In this document: positions 18,934-20,000 of the stretch, piece by piece
Layout: every line of letters begins with the position of its first letter
Numbering within the stretch: position 1 is the first letter of the stretch
NCBI GenBank assembly: GCA_014905635.1
Contig: JABVCE010000044.1
Span: forward strand, 115,593 to 135,592
Direction: 5' to 3'
Length of the DNA stretch: 20,000 nt
Source of the DNA: Scenedesmus sp. PABB004
Lineage: Eukaryota
Made by a program: the position numbers and the translations under genes
The notes under the pieces: model-generated
Databases searched by the model: none
The model's input: the letters and a program-made list of their open reading frames with translations, nothing else
Told to the model about the DNA's origin: nothing

Positions 18934-20000
18934 GGCGGCGCGCGCCGCCCGGCGGGGCGGCGGCGCGGCGGGCGGCGGGCCGCGGCAGGGCCCTCGCTCA
19001 CGAGCCGCCGGCGCCTGCCCTCCCCCGCCGCGCGGCGCAGGAGGTGTTTGGGGGCTTCTTCGGCCGCGTGCTCGCGCTGCGCCTGCCGGAGCGCCGCGCG
19101 GCGCTGGCGCAGCACGAGGCGACGGCGTACTGGCGGTTCATGGTCCACGCCTTCCAGAGCCTCGAGGACGAGATGGTCCGCCCCCAGGCGAGCCCAGCTT
19201 CAGGGTTTGGGGGGGGGGGGGAGGCTGAGACGGCAGCGGGCGCGGCGGCGCGCGCTGTGCGGCGGGGGCTGGCCGCGGCGGGGGCGGGGGCGGAGGGCGG
19301 CGGCGCGCCGCCCACGCGTACGCGGCCGCCGTGCGTCGCCGCAGGTGCTGCGCCTCGTGAGCCTCCCGATCTGGCACGGCCTGAGCGAGGGCCGGCTGCA
19401 GCTGGAGCTGGCCGCGCAGCCCGCGCTCGCCAAGCGCTGGAAGGCGCTGCTCAAGAAGGAGGCCAAGGCCGCCGCCGGCGCCGTCGGCGGCGGCAAGGGC
19501 GGCGGCAGCAAAAAGCGCAAGGCGGCCGCCGCCGACGGCGGCGGCGCGGCGGGCGAGGCGGCGGCGCCGGCGGCGGCGCCGCCGGCTGCGGAGCTGCCGC
19601 GCGCGGAGGCCACGTTCCTGCCGGGCATGGTGGCCGAGTTCCTGGCCTGCCTGCGCGACGCCGACGCGCAGCTCGCGGGCACGCTCGCGCACGACAGCGC
19701 GGTCGCGGTGCCGCTGCCGGGCGCGTGCGAGCTGGGCGAGGAGGAGGCGGCCGAGGCGGCCGAGGCCGAGGAGGACGGCGACGGCGACGATGGCGCCGAC
19801 GGCGGCGGCGACGCCGGCGGCGACGCGGCGGCGCCGGCGGCGGCGGCGCGGCCACGGCCACGGCGGCGGCGGCGCGCCGCGGCGGCGGCGCGCCGGGGCT
19901 GGACCCCGGGCTGCGGCTGCACCTGGAGCGCTGCGCCGAGTTTTTCATCGACCTGCTCAGCCAGCTGCCGACGCGGCGCTTCGTGCACGCGCTGCTGGAG
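17938..20000 (+). CDS. AQR: Intron-binding RNA helicase Aquarius, 5' part, runs off the window; exons 17938-18069, 18384-18553, 18743-18886, 19041-19187, 19345->20000, with two apparent frameshifts
   Basis: LTLEEIAGDQLTQLAAKHW, FSAELVQQIY..EL, RVMMLEVSQYLEAYLVPHF, HVMSIVAMLNEKFREGVPAW, HAFQSLEDEMVR.QVLRLVSLPIWHGL, ERCAEFFIDLLSQLPTRRF match the Aquarius N-terminal domain. GC donors at 18887 and 19188. Confidence 0.93.
18896..18931 (+). repeat. (GCT)12 microsatellite in an AQR intron
   Basis: Direct reading; starts 9 nt after the GC donor at 18887. Confidence 0.9.

Noticed and set aside
19198..19222. Telomere-like TTCAGGG TTTGGGG
   Set aside because: Only two degenerate units merging into a poly-G run; no true TTTAGGG array.
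17938..20000. AQR as a pseudogene
   Set aside because: Conserved motifs, codon usage and splice sites are intact, and both breaks fall in variable GC-rich linkers; error is more parsimonious than decay.
1..20000. Functional gene cluster or horizontally acquired island
   Set aside because: The genes have unrelated functions, uniform host-like GC and intron style, and no mobile-element or viral hallmarks.

Overview
Extremely GC-rich (roughly 80% by eye), intron-dense eukaryotic DNA, most consistent with a chlorophycean green alga (plastid FKBP18, gametolysin-type M11 protease, GTGCG donor consensus). The long Arg/Ala/Pro/Gly ORFs in the ORF track are GC artefacts. Splicing by hand gives seven genes: a tandem USP-domain protein (-), thylakoid FKBP18-like PPIase (+), peptidase M11 (+), a 19-exon HMT1/ABCB6/ATM-type half ABC transporter (+), a degenerate bZIP-like protein (-), a LENG1/CIR-N-domain protein (-) and the 5' part of the spliceosomal helicase Aquarius (+). 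Main observations: (1) about 10 of ~45 introns need non-canonical GC donors, all phase 0 with MAG|GCG; (2) two frame breaks in Aquarius and a possible third in the LENG1-like gene, each one base short; (3) ABC-gene introns carry a 23-bp G-box array, an AT-rich hairpin next to an acceptor and (CCCA)n/poly-C tracts; (4) two tight head-to-head gene pairs, one joining two splicing-associated genes. No prokaryotic system, CRISPR array, RNA gene or transposase was seen. All gene models are manual and lack transcript support.
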